Source of the DNA: Verrucomicrobiota bacterium
GTDB taxonomy: Bacteria; Verrucomicrobiota; Verrucomicrobiia; Limisphaerales; UBA11358
Length of the DNA: 64,000 bases
Direction: 5' to 3'
Assembly: GCA_028872915.1 (NCBI GenBank)
Contig: JAGWNY010000014.1
Coordinates: 3,739-67,738 of the forward strand
A program made the translations under genes and the position numbers. This document shows, one piece after another, positions 62,214-64,000 of the stretch (positions are counted from its first letter, which is position 1; the number at the start of each line of letters is the position of its first letter). The notes beneath the pieces are model-generated. The model did no database searches. It saw only the letters and a program-made list of their open reading frames with translations, and was not told where the DNA came from.

Positions 62214-64000
62214 ATGACGATGAATGCAGCAATTCCAACGAAGGGCGCCCAAGGCCTCCGCCAAACCGGCGGCTGCTCCCGCCGGAACGGGAAATGGTTT
62301 TTGTTCTTGATTCTTTTCTGCGTGATCGGCTTCGGGGCGAAGGGGCGGGACACGTCCACGAACGCCTTTTCGAATGACGATTGCCTGAGCTGCCACCTGG
62401 ACCCGGGCACAACGCGGGTGGTGAACGGCAAGACGGAATCGTTGGTTTTTCCGACCAACGTTTTTGCGATGTCCGTCCATGCGAAACTGTCCTGCGTGGA
62501 CTGCCATGACAGCATCAAAGACCTGGTGCATGACAGTCCGCTGCCTCCACCGGATTGCACGCATTGTCATCAAAAGGAAGGGGAGGAATACGGGACGAGC
62601 ATTCATGGCGTGAGCCACGTGCTGGGCCGGTCGCTGGCGGCGGAATGCTGGGATTGTCACGGCTCGCACGGAATCCTGTCGGTGACGAATCCGGCGTCGC
62701 CGGTATTCAAGATGAACCTACCGTTTACGTGCGCCAAATGCCACAGCAACCCTGGTCTGACGAAGAAATATGAGCTGGCACATCCCGAAGCGGCGAAGCA
62801 ATACATGGAAAGCATCCATGGCCAGGCGTTGTTGAAAATGGGACTGATTGTGGCGCCTTCCTGTGATGACTGCCATGGGGTGCATGACATCAAGCGGGCG
62901 GTGGATGCGGACTCGCCCATCAACCACGCCAACGTGGCGCGGACGTGCGGCAAATGCCATTACGGCGTGGAAAAAACCTACGACGCCAGCATTCACGGGC
63001 AGTTGCTGGCCAAAGGGGACCCGCGCGGGCCGGTCTGCACGGATTGCCATACGGCGCACGAGATCGTCAATCCGGAGGGGAATAATTTCAAGGCGATCAG
63101 CGACGAGCGCTGCGGCAAGTGCCACGCCGACATGCTGGAGTATTACCGGGAGACGTATCACGGGAAGGCGATGGCGTTGGGCAAGCCAAACGTGGCGCCG
63201 CAGGTGGCGGCGTGTTACGACTGCCACGGTTATCACGATATTCTGCCGCCATCGGACCCGCGGTCGCATTTGTCCAGGACGAACATTCTGGCGACGTGCC
63301 AGCGGTGCCATCCCAACGCCACCCAGGGTTTCACGCAATACGATCCCCATGCCAATCCGCTGGATGGGAAGCGGTATCCGATGCTTCACGCGGTGTTCAT
63401 GGGCATGACAGGATTGTTGATAGGCGTTTTCACGTTTTTTGGGCTGCACACCATCGGCTGGCTGGTCCGGGCGGTGTATTTATATTTACATGACTCGAAA
63501 ACATTCCGGGAGGCCAAAACCCGGACTCAGGTGGATGGCGAATGGTTCACGCGTTTCACGCCCTTCCAACGGTTCCTGCATTTTCTTGTGGTTACGAGTT
63601 TCCTGCTGCTGGTCATCACCGGCATGCCTTTGAAGTTTTACTACACCGGCTGGGCAAAGGCGATTTTCAGAATCTTTGGCGGGCCTGAGACGGCGCGGAC
63701 GCTGCATCATCTGGGCGCGATTGTCACATTTATTTATTTTGGGCTGCACCTTGTGTCGCTGGCCGGCAAGGCGTGGCGAGGGCGAAAGAACTTCCGTGAT
63801 CCGGAAACGCGGCGGTTTCAGTTGGGCCGCCTCTGGAAGACGTTGTTCGGGCCGGATTCGATGGTTCCCACGCTTCAGGACTGGCGGGACTTTGTGGCCC
63901 ACAACAAATGGTTTTTTGGAAAAGGCGCCAAACCGCAATTCGGGCGCTGGACTTATTGGGAAAAGTTCGACTATTTTGCGGTGTTTTGGGGGGTGGCGAT
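62214..64000 (+). CDS. multiheme (11 x CXXCH) c-type cytochrome fused to a membrane cytochrome b (FdnI/HydC-like) domain, partial (runs off the right edge)
   Basis: Absent from the ORF track because it has no stop in the window. Hand translation from the ATG at 62214 (stop at 62169-62171 upstream) gives a signal-like KWFLFLILFCVIGFGA. Heme motifs then follow in order: CLSCH, CVDCH, CTHCH, CWDCH, CAKCH, CDDCH, CGKCH, CTDCH, CGKCH, CYDCH, CQRCH. From about 63370 there are His-bearing TM helices (GLLIGVFTFFGLHTIGWLV, FLHFLVVTSFLLLVITGMPL, TLHHLGAIVTFIYFGLHLV). Confidence 0.8.
   Translation, partial: MTMNAAIPTKGAQGLRQTGGCSRRNGKWFLFLILFCVIGFGAKGRDTSTNAFSNDDCLSCHLDPGTTRVVNGKTESLVFPTNVFAMSVHAKLSCVDCHDSIKDLVHDSPLPPPDCTHCHQKEGEEYGTSIHGVSHVLGRSLAAECWDCHGSHGILSVTNPASPVFKMNLPFTCAKCHSNPGLTKKYELAHPEAAKQYMESIHGQALLKMGLIVAPSCDDCHGVHDIKRAVDADSPINHANVARTCGKCHYGVEKTYDASIHGQLLAKGDPRGPVCTDCHTAHEIVNPEGNNFKAISDERCGKCHADMLEYYRETYHGKAMALGKPNVAPQVAACYDCHGYHDILPPSDPRSHLSRTNILATCQRCHPNATQGFTQYDPHANPLDGKRYPMLHAVFMGMTGLLIGVFTFFGLHTIGWLVRAVYLYLHDSKTFREAKTRTQVDGEWFTRFTPFQRFLHFLVVTSFLLLVITGMPLKFYYTGWAKAIFRIFGGPETARTLHHLGAIVTFIYFGLHLVSLAGKAWRGRKNFRDPETRRFQLGRLWKTLFGPDSMVPTLQDWRDFVAHNKWFFGKGAKPQFGRWTYWEKFDYFAVFWGVA

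Overview
High-GC bacterial chromosomal window, about 90% coding. It most likely comes from a Verrucomicrobiota-like organism. This is an inference from a PEP-CTERM protein, several prepilin-type N-terminal methylation-motif proteins, a GldA/F/G-like ABC operon and characteristic GGAGG-rich intergenic repeats. No rRNA or other marker is present to confirm it.

The backbone is housekeeping:
- Translation and tRNA modification: thiL-tsaE-tsaB, rdgB, valS, gltX, infC, glyQS, tadA, tRNA-Leu(UAA), tRNA-Val(CAC).
- Biosynthesis and metabolism: cimA, trxB, ugd, pepF, plsC-cmk-aroA-tyrA, leuB, opgH.
- Other: hup.

Accessory or unusual content:
1. A vapBC module is translationally coupled to valS (10.4-11.3 kb).
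2. A decayed, repeat-rich defence-type island lies between a K+ channel gene and trxB (16.2-21.6 kb). It holds a solitary RelE/ParE-like gene, a stand-alone HNH nuclease and about 1 kb of nested tandem repeats. It also holds a frameshifted ParE-like pseudogene, an AT-richer PvuII-like restriction-modification cassette bracketed by 35-bp direct repeats, and a truncated RhuM gene.
3. A small AT-richer islet carries three unrecognisable small ORFs (29.6-31.1 kb).
4. A higBA module sits next to tRNA-Leu.
5. A DCC-thiol-oxidoreductase/lipase-maturation-factor fusion protein is encoded at 31.0-33.0 kb.
6. At the right edge, a monoheme cytochrome c is followed by an 11-heme c-type domain fused to a membrane cytochrome b domain (CbcL-like). 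Its ORF is open to the window end and absent from the ORF track.

No integrase, transposase, CRISPR array or rRNA was seen. Many long ORFs in the track are antisense shadows typical of high-GC DNA and were not called.
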